From: an uncultured Gemmatimonadales bacterium
Lineage (GTDB): Bacteria > Gemmatimonadota > Gemmatimonadetes > Longimicrobiales > Longimicrobiaceae
Assembly (NCBI GenBank): GCA_963716255.1
Contig: OY970303.1
Location: forward strand, 1,472,001-1,536,000
Reading direction: 5' to 3'
Length of the DNA: 64,000 nt
A program made the position numbers and the translations under genes. Numbering within the stretch: position 1 is the first letter of the stretch; each line of letters begins with the position of its first letter. Positions 39,020-48,238 of this stretch are shown piece by piece. The notes beneath the pieces are model-generated. The model saw only the letters and a program-made list of their open reading frames with translations, was not told where the DNA came from and did not search any database.

Positions 39020-40180
39020 ATGCGCGCATCGCCTGACGTGGAAGCTTCGCCGCCGGAGCCGCTGCCGGACACCCTCGGGGCCGCGGGGGGTGCGCCGGTC
39101 CGGGGGGAGGGGCTGGCGTGGACCGCGGTCGCAGGGCTGGTGCTGGCCTGGGGGCTGGTGGCCGGGCTGGCGTACCTGTCGTGGGGGCGGATCGCCGGGA
39201 TGCCGAGGATGCGGCGGGTGCCGGTGGACATGTACCTGGCGGTGGCGACGCTGGCGCTGCTCGCGCTGGGGATGGTGCTCTGGACGATGCGGAGCGTGGC
39301 GCAGCAGCGGAGCCGCGCGGCGCGCGTGCGCGGCGACTCGCAGTGGGCCATCGCGGGGCGGCACTTCCGCAGGAACCGCATGGCGATGGGCGGGCTGGTC
39401 ATCATGATCCTGCTGTACGTCGTCACGCTGGTGACGCCGCTGATCGCCCCGTACGACCCGTCGGCGCAGGGCGACATCGTGCTGACGCGCTACCTGCCGC
39501 CCTCGGCGGAGCACCTGATGGGCACCGACAAGTTCGGGCGCGACATCTTCTCGCGGGTGCTCTTCGGGGCGCGCATCTCGCTCTCCATCGGGTTCATCGC
39601 GGTGGGGATCAGCATCACGCTGGGAACGCTGCTGGGGGCGGTGGCCGGCTACTTCGGGGGGATCACGGACGGGGTGCTCATGCGCCTGACGGACATGATG
39701 CTCTCCTTCCCCCGGCTGGTGCTGCTGATCGTGGTGATCGCCCTCTTCGAGCCGTCCATCTGGCTGGTGGTGACGGTGCTGGGGCTTTCCGGGTGGATGG
39801 GGACGGCCCGCATCGTCCGCGGCGAGGTGCTGTCGCTGCGCGAGCGCGAGTTCGTGCAGGCGGCGCGCGCGCTGGGGATGGGCGACACGCGCATCATCCT
39901 GCGCCACGTGATCCCCAACACGCTGGCGCCGGTGATCGTGTCCGCCACGCTCGGCATCGGTCAGACCATCCTCACGGAGGCGTCGCTCTCCTTCCTGGGG
40001 CTGGGCGTGCAGCCGCCCACCGCGAGCTGGGGGAACATGGTCTCGGACGGGCGCGACGCGCTGGTCACGGCCTGGTGGATCGCCACCTTCCCCGGCCTGG
40101 CCATCGTGTTCACCGTGATCGCCTTCAACCTGCTGGGGGACGGACTGCGCGACGCCCTGGACCCGCGGCTGAGGACGTGA
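39020..40180 (+). CDS. Peptide ABC transporter permease, OppC/DppC-like, with extra N-terminal helices
   Basis: HLMGTDKFGRDIFSRV, REREFVQAARALG, EASLSFLGLG, GDGLRDALDPR. Confidence 0.93.
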   Translation: MRASPDVEASPPEPLPDTLGAAGGAPVRGEGLAWTAVAGLVLAWGLVAGLAYLSWGRIAGMPRMRRVPVDMYLAVATLALLALGMVLWTMRSVAQQRSRAARVRGDSQWAIAGRHFRRNRMAMGGLVIMILLYVVTLVTPLIAPYDPSAQGDIVLTRYLPPSAEHLMGTDKFGRDIFSRVLFGARISLSIGFIAVGISITLGTLLGAVAGYFGGITDGVLMRLTDMMLSFPRLVLLIVVIALFEPSIWLVVTVLGLSGWMGTARIVRGEVLSLREREFVQAARALGMGDTRIILRHVIPNTLAPVIVSATLGIGQTILTEASLSFLGLGVQPPTASWGNMVSDGRDALVTAWWIATFPGLAIVFTVIAFNLLGDGLRDALDPRLRT

Positions 40181-40198
40181 GCGAGATGCCGAGCCCCC

Positions 40199-40329
40199 GC
40201 GAAAGCGATCGTGACCCGAAGGGCGGAGACCCGGCGCGGTTTGCCGGGGCTCCGTTCTCCTGGACACGGTCGTTTCGTGTCCAGGAGAATAGAGCGCGGT
40301 GCCGGCTCCAGCCGGCATTCGCCCGAGCC
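40199..40329 (-). repeat. Structured repeat subfamily B, copy 2 (inverted)
   Basis: Reverse complement is similar to 38823-38955, with compensatory stem changes. Confidence 0.85.
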
Positions 40330-40346
40330 ATCTTCCAGAATCCGTG

Positions 40347-41480
40347 ATGCCTGAGCCGATCCTGCAGGTGGAAAACCTCCGCACCTACTTCCGCACGGAC
40401 GCGGGGGTGGCGCGCGCCGTGGACGGCGTCTCCTTTCACGTGAACCCCGGGGAAACGCTGGGGATCGTGGGGGAGTCGGGGAGCGGCAAGTCGGTGACCT
40501 CGCTGTCGGTGATGCGGCTCATCCCGCAGCCGCCGGGGCGTATCGAGCCGGGGTCCAGGATCCTCTTCCGCGGCGCGGCGGGGGTGGAGGACCTGGCGGC
40601 GGTGCCGGAGTCGCGCATGCGCCAGATCCGCGGCAACGACATCGCCATGATCTTCCAGGAGCCCATGACCTCGCTGAACCCGGTGTTCACCGTGGGCGAG
40701 CAGATCATGGAGTCGCTGCGGCTGCACCAGAAGATGGACAAGCGGGCGTCGCGCCGCCGGGCCATCGAGATGCTTCACCTGGTGGGGATCCCCATCCCCG
40801 ACCAGCGGGTGGACGAGTACCCGCACCAGCTCTCGGGAGGGATGCGGCAGCGGGTGATGATCGCCATGGCGCTGGCCTGCGACCCCAGGCTGCTGATCGC
40901 GGACGAGCCCACCACAGCGCTGGACGTGACCATCCAGGCGCAGATCCTGGAGTTGCTGAACCGGCTCCAGAAGGAGCTGGGGATGTCCATCATCCTCATC
41001 ACGCACGACCTGGGGGTGGTGGCGGAGACGTGCGACCGGGTGATCGTGATGTACGCGGGGCAGGTGTTCGAGGAGGGGCCGGTGGGCGACATCTTCGCGG
41101 ACCCGCAGAACCCGTACACGGAGGGGCTGCTGCGCTCCATGCCGCGACTGGGCGAGGAGGTGGAGCGGCTGGCGGTGATCCCGGGGGTGGTCCCGGCGCC
41201 CACCGCCTGGCCGGCGGGGTGCCGTTTCGCGGAGCGCTGCCCGTACGGCTGGGAAAAGACGGTGCGGGAGGACCCGCCGCTCTTCGACATCGGCGGGGGG
41301 CGCCGCAACAAGTGCTGGCTGGTGGAGTACCCGGAGCGCCGCGACGAGGTGCGGCGCGCGGGCGGCGGGTTCACCCCCGCGGGGGCGGCCACGGGAACGG
41401 GCGCGGCCACGCCGGTGGCGGGTCGGCCGGAGGACGTGGCGCCGCCCCCCGCGGGCGCGGCGGGGGAGGAGGTGGGCTGA
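40347..41480 (+). CDS. Peptide ABC transporter ATP-binding protein, OppD/DppD-like
   Basis: [33 protein letters not shown]. Confidence 0.94.
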   Translation: MPEPILQVENLRTYFRTDAGVARAVDGVSFHVNPGETLGIVGESGSGKSVTSLSVMRLIPQPPGRIEPGSRILFRGAAGVEDLAAVPESRMRQIRGNDIAMIFQEPMTSLNPVFTVGEQIMESLRLHQKMDKRASRRRAIEMLHLVGIPIPDQRVDEYPHQLSGGMRQRVMIAMALACDPRLLIADEPTTALDVTIQAQILELLNRLQKELGMSIILITHDLGVVAETCDRVIVMYAGQVFEEGPVGDIFADPQNPYTEGLLRSMPRLGEEVERLAVIPGVVPAPTAWPAGCRFAERCPYGWEKTVREDPPLFDIGGGRRNKCWLVEYPERRDEVRRAGGGFTPAGAATGTGAATPVAGRPEDVAPPPAGAAGEEVG

Positions 41481-42715
41481 TGGCGAGCACGCCGGAGGGA
41501 CGGACGCCCGCGGGCGGCCGCGGCGCGGGCGACGGGAACCACCACGACGCGGAGCCGGACCCGATGACGGGGCCGGGGACGCAGCGCATCTCGACGACCG
41601 GGGGCGGGAGCCGCCGCGGGCCGGCCGGGGTGGCGCGCAGGCCGGAGGCGCCGGGGCGAAGCGAGCTCCCGCCCGCGAAGGGGGACTCGGACCTGCGCGG
41701 GCAGACGCCGGACGACATGGAGCCACCGGCGGACGCGCTCCTGGTGGTGCGCGGGCTCAAGAAGTACTTCCCCATCCGCAAGGGCTTCTTCAACCGCCAC
41801 GTGGGCGACGTCAAGGCGGTGGACGGGGTGTCGTTCTTTTTGCGGAAGGGGGAGACGCTGGGGGTGGTGGGCGAGTCGGGGTGCGGCAAGAGCACCACGG
41901 GGCGCGCCATCCTGCGCCTGATCGAGGCCACGGAGGGGCGCGCGGAGTTCGCGGGGCGCAACATCTTCGAGATGGACCGCGACGAGCTGCGCAGGCTGCG
42001 GCGCAAGGCGCAGATCGTCTTCCAGGACCCGTTCTCGTCGCTGAACCCGCGCATGACCATCGCGGAGATGCTGCGCGAGGTGCTGGGGATCCACAACCTG
42101 GCCAAGGGCAAGGCGGCCAACGACCGCATCGCGGAGCTGCTGCGCATCGTGGGGCTGCGCCCGGAGCACGCGGTGCGCTACCCGCACGAGTTCTCGGGCG
42201 GACAGCGGCAGCGCATCGGGATCGCGCGGGCGCTGGCGGTGGAGCCGGAGCTGATCGTGTGCGACGAGCCGGTGTCGGCGCTGGACGTGTCGGTGCAGGC
42301 GCAGGTCATCAACCTGCTCCAGGACCTGCAGCGCCAGTTCGGACTCACCTACATGTTCATCGCCCACGACCTGTCGGTGGTGGAGCACATCTCCGACCGG
42401 GTGGCGGTCATGTACCTGGGGCGCATCGTGGAGCTGGCGGACTCCAAGGCGCTGTACCGCAACCCGCTGATGCCGTACACGCAGGCGCTGCTCTCGGCGG
42501 TGCCCATCCCGGACCCCACGCAGAAGCGGGAGCGCATCGTCCTGCAGGGCGACGTCCCCTCGCCGGCGAACCCGCCGTCCGGGTGCCCGTTCCACCCGCG
42601 CTGCCAGCACCCGCTCAAGGACGCGGACTGCGCCCGGATCGTCCCGCCGCTGGCGGACAAGGGCGGCGGGCACTTCGCGGCCTGCATCAAGGTGCCGCTG
42701 GGGGCGGGCGAGTAG
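41480..42715 (+). CDS. Peptide ABC transporter ATP-binding protein, OppF/DppF-like
   Basis: [39 protein letters not shown] overlap; long low-complexity N-terminus. Confidence 0.92.
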   Translation: MASTPEGRTPAGGRGAGDGNHHDAEPDPMTGPGTQRISTTGGGSRRGPAGVARRPEAPGRSELPPAKGDSDLRGQTPDDMEPPADALLVVRGLKKYFPIRKGFFNRHVGDVKAVDGVSFFLRKGETLGVVGESGCGKSTTGRAILRLIEATEGRAEFAGRNIFEMDRDELRRLRRKAQIVFQDPFSSLNPRMTIAEMLREVLGIHNLAKGKAANDRIAELLRIVGLRPEHAVRYPHEFSGGQRQRIGIARALAVEPELIVCDEPVSALDVSVQAQVINLLQDLQRQFGLTYMFIAHDLSVVEHISDRVAVMYLGRIVELADSKALYRNPLMPYTQALLSAVPIPDPTQKRERIVLQGDVPSPANPPSGCPFHPRCQHPLKDADCARIVPPLADKGGGHFAACIKVPLGAGE

Positions 42716-42740
42716 GGCGGCGGAGGCCGGCGGGAGGAGA

Positions 42741-42776
42741 GAAGAGCGGCCATCCGGCGACGGGTGGCCGCTCTTC
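42741..42776 (+). terminator. Stem-loop after the ABC operon
   Basis: gaagagcggccatccg-gcga-cgggtggccgctcttc. Confidence 0.55.
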
Positions 42777-42832
42777 GCGCGTGGGGCGCTTCCTGCCTAG
42801 CCGGTAGGGGCGTGCTGAGGCGGGGCCGCTGC

Positions 42833-42948
42833 GGAGCCCGGCGATACTGCTGCCGGTCTCCTCCGCGGGCTCCGGGAGCCCCGGTAAAACTGCCCCGGGT
42901 CTCCCTACGGCGGGGTGAGCCTCGCCAAACTGCCGGCGAGTCTCCCCC
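42833..42948 (+). repeat. Three tandem copies of the GAG-C-stem-A(A/T)ACTGC-stem-T-CTC hairpin module of families A/B
   Basis: Modules at 42833-42861, 42874-42905 and 42912-42948, each with a different stem sequence. Confidence 0.75.
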
Positions 42949-42980
42949 CGTACAGATCTTGGGGGGTACCGCGAACTGCA

Positions 42981-43020
42981 CGACGGCGCCCTCACCGGGA
43001 TCTCCCGGTGGGGGCGTCGT
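42981..43020. repeat. Short palindrome family E (ccgggatctcccgg core)
   Basis: Related palindromes at 47793-47830 and 57673-57706. Confidence 0.6.
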
Positions 43021-43234
43021 CACGTACTCCGTACTGCCCTTCCGCTGCGCCATTCCGGAGCGCCGCCGCCCGCTTCCTCACCATTCCTGGCGAGTCCGTT
43101 CGGAGATGCCCCCCGGATAAGCCGAGCCGGCGTCCGCACTTCCCCACACGCTCATGATCTGGCTTGTTCTATGCTTTCGTAATCGCCATACTACGGGGGT
43201 GCTCCCGCACGTCCATCCCCCTCCCGGAGGTCGT

Positions 43235-44407
43235 ATGCGCCCCTTCCGTCCCGCGCTGCTCGCCGGCGCCGCCCTGGCGCTCGCCGCCTGCTCCGAGCAG
43301 GGCCCCGTCGCGTCGGCGCCCGCCGCCCCGGAGCCCGCGCCCCTCCGCTCCGCGGCCCCGGGGCGCGCGGTGGAGGGCTCGTACGTGGTGGTGCTGAGCC
43401 CGGGCGCCGACCCGCGCGCCGTGGCCGCCGTCGCCAGGGTGGCGCCCGGCTTCGTGTATGCGGCGGCGCTCAACGGCTTCGCGGCCGAGCTGAGCGCCGG
43501 GCAGCTGGCCGCGCTCCGGCACCACCCCGCGGTGGAGTACGTGGAGGAGGACCAGGAGGTGAGCGTGCAGGCCACCCAGTCGCCCGCGCCGTGGGGGCTG
43601 GACCGCATCGACCAGCGCAGCCTGCCGCTCTCCAACAGCTACACCTACGCCTCCACGGGAAGCAGCGTCCGCGCGTACGTCATCGACTCCGGGATCAAGA
43701 CGGGGCTCACCGCCCAGTTCGGCAGCCGCGTGCAGAACGTGTACGACGCCGTGGGCGACGGGCAGAACGGCGAGGACTGCAACGGGCACGGCACCCACGT
43801 CGCCGGCATCGTGGGCTCGGTGGGCTACGGCGTCGCCAAGGGCGTGGCCCTGCGCGGCGTGCGGGCGGTCAACTGCGCCGGCAGCGGCACCACCTCCGGG
43901 ATCATCGCCTCCGTGGACTGGGTGCGCGTGAACGCGGTCCGGCCCGCGGTCGCCAACATGTCGCTGGGCGGCGGGCTCTCCTCGGCGCTCAACACCGCCG
44001 TCAACAACCTGGCCGGTTCCGGCGTGTTCATCTCCGTGGGCGCCGGGGGCGAGAACGGCAACGCCTGCAACACCTCGCCCGCCGGCGCGGCGAGCGCCTT
44101 CACCGTGGCGGCCACCACCAGCACCGACGCGCGCGCCTCGTACTCCAGCTACGGCACGTGCGTGGACGCCTTCGCGCCGGGCTCCTCCATCCCCTCCGTG
44201 TGGCTGGACGGCACCGCCCGCACGCTGAGCGGCACCTCCATGGCCGCGCCGCACGCCGCCGGGGTGGCCGCGCTCTACAAGTCCACCTACGGCGAGACGG
44301 CCACCTCCACGCTGGACGCCTGGCTCAAGAACAACGCGACCCCGGGCAAGGTGACCAATGCCGGCACCGGGACGCCCAACCGGCTTCTCTACAAGGCTGG
44401 TCTGTGA
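43235..44407 (+). CDS. S8 subtilisin-family serine protease lipoprotein (aqualysin/proteinase K-like) with I9-type propeptide
   Basis: Lipobox LAAC; WGLDRIDQ, VIDSG, HGTHVAG, SGTSMAAPH; GGAGG RBS. Confidence 0.92.
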   Translation: MRPFRPALLAGAALALAACSEQGPVASAPAAPEPAPLRSAAPGRAVEGSYVVVLSPGADPRAVAAVARVAPGFVYAAALNGFAAELSAGQLAALRHHPAVEYVEEDQEVSVQATQSPAPWGLDRIDQRSLPLSNSYTYASTGSSVRAYVIDSGIKTGLTAQFGSRVQNVYDAVGDGQNGEDCNGHGTHVAGIVGSVGYGVAKGVALRGVRAVNCAGSGTTSGIIASVDWVRVNAVRPAVANMSLGGGLSSALNTAVNNLAGSGVFISVGAGGENGNACNTSPAGAASAFTVAATTSTDARASYSSYGTCVDAFAPGSSIPSVWLDGTARTLSGTSMAAPHAAGVAALYKSTYGETATSTLDAWLKNNATPGKVTNAGTGTPNRLLYKAGL

Positions 44408-44429
44408 CGGATACGGACGGCTGAACTGC

Positions 44430-44564
44430 GGGGTTGGGCGTGCCCCCGGCTGGCGCCGGGGTCGGGCTTCGACTCCGTAAGGCAGCAAACGACGCTGCCT
44501 AACGGAGTCGAGCCCCGCGAAACTGCCCGCGGGTCTCGCCCCTTCGGGCCGGAATCCCTCACGC
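44430..44564 (+). repeat. Structured repeat family A, copy 5
   Basis: Stem variant aggcagc-aaacgac-gctgcct. Confidence 0.95.
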
Positions 44565-44658
44565 GGCTCCCTGCATCGCCTCGGTTCCTGCTCGACCCGG
44601 TGTCCGGTCGGTGCCCCGCCGGCCGGTTCTCCACCCTCTCTCCAACCCAGGAGGTCGT

Positions 44659-45804
44659 ATGCGTCGTTTCCGTCCCCTGCTGCTCGCCGGCGCCGTCGTC
44701 GGCGCGGCGGCGTGCTCGGACCAGGGCCCCGTCGCTCCCGTGTCGGCGGGACCGGCTCCCCTCCTCGCCGCGGCCCCCGGGCAGGCGGTGGAGGGGTCGT
44801 ACATCGTGGTGCTGAATCCGGGCGCCGATCCGCGCTCGGTGGCGGCGGTGGCCGGGGTGGAGCCCGGCTTCGTGTACCGGGCGGCGCTGAGCGGGTTCGC
44901 GGCAAAGCTGGGCGCGGGGCAGCTCGCCGCGCTGCGGCACAACCCGGCGGTGGAGTACGTGGAGCAGGACCAGGCGGTCGAGGCCACGGCCGTGCCGTGG
45001 GGGCTGGACCGCATCGACCAGCACAACCTGCCGCTGAACGGCGTGTACAGCGTCAACACGCTGGCGTCCAACGTCAATGCGTACATCATCGACACGGGCA
45101 TCTACACGGCGCACCCGCTGTTCGGCGGCCGGGCCAGCAACGTGTTCGACGCGCTGGGCGGCACCGGCGCCGACTGCAACGGCCACGGCACCGCGATCGC
45201 CGGCATCGTGGGCTCCACCACCTACGGCGTCGCCAAGGGCGTGAAGCTGAAGGGCGTGCGGGCGCTGAACTGCGCCGGCAGCGGCACCACCGCCGGGATC
45301 ATCGCCTCGGTGGACTGGGTGCGCGTCAACCGCGTGAACCCGGCGGTGGCCAACATCTCGCTGGGCGGCAGCGTCTCCACCGCGCTGAACACCGCCGTCA
45401 CCAACCTGGTGAATTCCGGGGTGTTCACCGCCGTGGCCGTGGGCAACGGCGGCACCAACTCGTGCAACACCTCGCCCGCCAGCGCGGCCGGCGCCTACGG
45501 CGTGGGCGCCAGCACCCCCACCGACAACGTGATGAGCGGCACCAACTACGGGAGCTGCCTGGACATCTACGCCCCCGGCCAGAGCATTCCCACCACCTGG
45601 CTGAACGGCGGCACCAACACGCTCAGCGGCTCGTCCATGGCGACCGGGCACGTCACCGGCGTCGCGGCGCTCTACCTGGCGTACAACCCCGGCGCCACCT
45701 CCTCCGCCGTCGCCGGCTGGATCACCGGCAACGCCACCGTGGGCGTGCTGATCGGCGTGCCGGTGGGCACGGCCAACCGGCTGCTGTACAAGGCGAACCT
45801 GTAG
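44659..45804 (+). CDS. S8 subtilisin-family serine protease lipoprotein, tandem paralogue
   Basis: Lipobox AAAC; WGLDRIDQ, IIDTG, HGTAIAG, SGSSMATGH; same ggaggtcgtATG start context as the paralogue. Confidence 0.92.
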   Translation: MRRFRPLLLAGAVVGAAACSDQGPVAPVSAGPAPLLAAAPGQAVEGSYIVVLNPGADPRSVAAVAGVEPGFVYRAALSGFAAKLGAGQLAALRHNPAVEYVEQDQAVEATAVPWGLDRIDQHNLPLNGVYSVNTLASNVNAYIIDTGIYTAHPLFGGRASNVFDALGGTGADCNGHGTAIAGIVGSTTYGVAKGVKLKGVRALNCAGSGTTAGIIASVDWVRVNRVNPAVANISLGGSVSTALNTAVTNLVNSGVFTAVAVGNGGTNSCNTSPASAAGAYGVGASTPTDNVMSGTNYGSCLDIYAPGQSIPTTWLNGGTNTLSGSSMATGHVTGVAALYLAYNPGATSSAVAGWITGNATVGVLIGVPVGTANRLLYKANL

Positions 45805-45847
45805 GGGACAGGGGACAGGGGACAGGGAACAGGGAACAGCCTGCAAC
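45804..45847 (+). repeat. GGGGACA/GGGAACA heptamer repeats (family D)
   Basis: ggggaca x3, gggaaca x2, then gcctgcaac. Confidence 0.75.
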
Positions 45848-45882
45848 GACAACGGCGGCACGGATCCGGACGTGGGCTCGGG

Positions 45883-45964
45883 GCGGCAGGCAGGCAATTC
45901 GAGGGGCGCCCTCCTTCCAGCCGGAAGGAGGGGCGCCCGGGGACGACCTGCCTGCCGCTTTTTT
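45883..45964 (+). terminator. Rho-independent terminator after the protease pair
   Basis: gcggcaggcagg...cctgcctgccgc with an inner hairpin, followed by tttttt. Confidence 0.65.
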
Positions 45965-46003
45965 CACCGCAGTGGGGCGGAGTCCGGACCGCGTATGTGA
46001 AGA

Positions 46004-46031
46004 TTGACACGAACGGCCGCGCTCGTATTAT
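46004..46031 (+). promoter_or_regulatory. Putative sigma70 promoter of the amine oxidase
   Basis: TTGACA-N16-TATTAT. Confidence 0.55.
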
Positions 46032-46167
46032 TGGCCGCCACCGGCCGGCCGGCCGGCTTCGCGGTGCACCGCCTCCCCGCCGCCGCGGAATCGTCGCTGC
46101 GAGGCACGCCGCTGAACGTCCCCGCGATCTTCCGAACGACGAACCCCGCAGCGGAGGCTGACGAATC

Positions 46168-47757
46168 ATGGCTGACGAGAGCATCGACATCGCCATCGTG
46201 GGGGCCGGCGTCTCGGGGGTCTACAGCGCGTGGCGGCTCCGGCAGGCGCACCCGGATCGCAGGATCGTCGTGTTCGAGGGCGGCAACCACGTGGGCGGGC
46301 GGCTGCTGTCGGTGCGCCCGCCCGACATCACGAACATGGTCGCCGAGCTCGGCGGGATGCGCATCCTCCCCGCGGTGCAGCCCCTCGTCACGCGGCTTCT
46401 CGCGGTTCTGAACGAGACTCTGCCGAAGGATCAGCAGATCGAGACGTACGACTTTCCCGTGGACGAGCCGCAGAACATCGCCTACCTGCGCGGCGTGTAC
46501 CTGCGGCTCTCCGATTTCACGCAGAACCCGCGCAGGGTGCCGTACCACCTCTCCTTCCTCGAGCGCGGGGGGACGGCGGGCAGCATCATCATCAACGCCA
46601 TCGAGCAGATCGTGCCGGGCATCACGAACCCGGACCTCACCGAGGAGCGGCGCCGGGAGATGGCCCGGGACGCGACCTTCGCCGGGCTGCCGCTCTACCA
46701 GCAGGGCTTCTGGAACGTGCTGCTGCGCGTCATCAGCTGCGAGGCGTACGAGCTGGGCGTGGACGCCGGCGGCTACAACTCGACGCTGTTCAACTGGAAC
46801 GCCGCCGACGCGATCCCCTGGTACCTTTCCGACTTCGGCGTGGACCCGAAGTACAAGGGGTTCAAGAAGGGATTCCAGCAGGTGCCGCTGTCGCTGGCGC
46901 GGCTCTTCGGCATGGACGACGTCCGGCTCGACACGCAGGTCGAGGGCTTCGACCGGGCGGGCGACAGCTTCGAGCTGCGGGTGCAGGGAAAGACGATCCG
47001 GACGGGCGCGCTCATCCTCGCCATGCCGCGCCGCTCGCTCGACCTGCTCGCGCCGACCAGCCCGCCGCTCCGGGAGATCCAGGACCTCACCGCGAGCGTC
47101 ACGCCGCGCCCGCTCTTCAAGCTCTTCACGACCTACGGCAGCCCCTGGTGGCGCGCGGCGGGCTACACGGGCTCGGACGGCAGGTTCGTCCCCGTCGAGG
47201 CCGGGCGCACCGTCACCGACCTCCCCGTGCGGCAGACCTACTACTGGCCCACGGACGAGGGGAAGCCGGCGGCGGAGGGCCCCGCGATGCTGATGGCCAG
47301 CTACGACGACGGCTCGAACATCGGCTTCTGGGACGGCTTCCGCCCGCGCCGCCGCCAGGCCTGGCAGGAGGGCAAGGAGGTCGCGGAACCGGACGACCCC
47401 TTCATGGGCGACGACTGCGACGCCGGGCCCGACCTGGACTGGTGCCGGTACAAGGCCCCGCACCGGATGGTCAAGGAGGTGGCGCGCCAGCTCGGTGTCA
47501 TCCACGGCCTCACCTACACGCCCGATTTCCGGAACGCCGCGTTCCGCGACTGGGGCGACGACCCGTTCGGGGGCGGCTGGAACAGCTGGAACATCGGGGT
47601 GCGGAGCTGGGTCGTGAAGGAGCAGATCGTCCAGCCCTTCGACCAGCACCCGCTCTACATCTGCGGCGAAGCCTACTCGGACGCGCAGGGCTGGGTCGAA
47701 GGCGCGCTCCAGACCGCGGACATGATGCTGGCGAAGCTCGGCATCGGCCCGCTCTGA
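46168..47757 (+). CDS. Flavin-containing amine / L-amino-acid oxidase family protein
   Basis: IAIVGAGVSG, FE...VGGR, AELGGMR, ICGEAYSDAQGWVEGAL. Confidence 0.85.
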   Translation: MADESIDIAIVGAGVSGVYSAWRLRQAHPDRRIVVFEGGNHVGGRLLSVRPPDITNMVAELGGMRILPAVQPLVTRLLAVLNETLPKDQQIETYDFPVDEPQNIAYLRGVYLRLSDFTQNPRRVPYHLSFLERGGTAGSIIINAIEQIVPGITNPDLTEERRREMARDATFAGLPLYQQGFWNVLLRVISCEAYELGVDAGGYNSTLFNWNAADAIPWYLSDFGVDPKYKGFKKGFQQVPLSLARLFGMDDVRLDTQVEGFDRAGDSFELRVQGKTIRTGALILAMPRRSLDLLAPTSPPLREIQDLTASVTPRPLFKLFTTYGSPWWRAAGYTGSDGRFVPVEAGRTVTDLPVRQTYYWPTDEGKPAAEGPAMLMASYDDGSNIGFWDGFRPRRRQAWQEGKEVAEPDDPFMGDDCDAGPDLDWCRYKAPHRMVKEVARQLGVIHGLTYTPDFRNAAFRDWGDDPFGGGWNSWNIGVRSWVVKEQIVQPFDQHPLYICGEAYSDAQGWVEGALQTADMMLAKLGIGPL

Positions 47758-47870
47758 GCCCGCGCGCCGGAAGCTCCGCGTGAAGTATGCAAAGCGCGCC
47801 CCTACCGGGAGATCCCGGTAGGGGCGCGCTGCGTCGGAGGGAGCAAGCCGCGAGGACGGTGCCTGCCGTC

Positions 47871-48005
47871 GCGTGAGGGATTACGGCCCGAAGGGGCGAG
47901 ACCCGGCGGCTGTTTGCCGGGGCTCGACTCCGTTGGGCTGCGTTGTTTGCAGCCCTACGGAGCCGAAGCCCGACCCCGGCGCCAGCCGGGGGCACGCCCG
48001 AACCC
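47871..48005 (-). repeat. Structured repeat family A, copy 6
   Basis: Stem variant gggctgc/gcagccc. Confidence 0.95.
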
Positions 48006-48238
48006 GCCCTTCAAAGCCGTTCCTGCAAAACACCTCACTCGGCGATCCCACCCTCGTCGCGGGGATTCAGCTCCGCCCCCTGCGTCGCCTTCACCGGCCG
48101 GCCGTCACACACCCCGGTCTCCGGAATAGGCTCCAAATCCGGCTCGTCCCGCCGCATGGCCGGGTTCACGGCGCGCTTCTCGTCCCGCTCGTCCTCCTTC
48201 AAGGCATCCTCCAGCCCCCGGGTGGCAGGCAAAGACGT

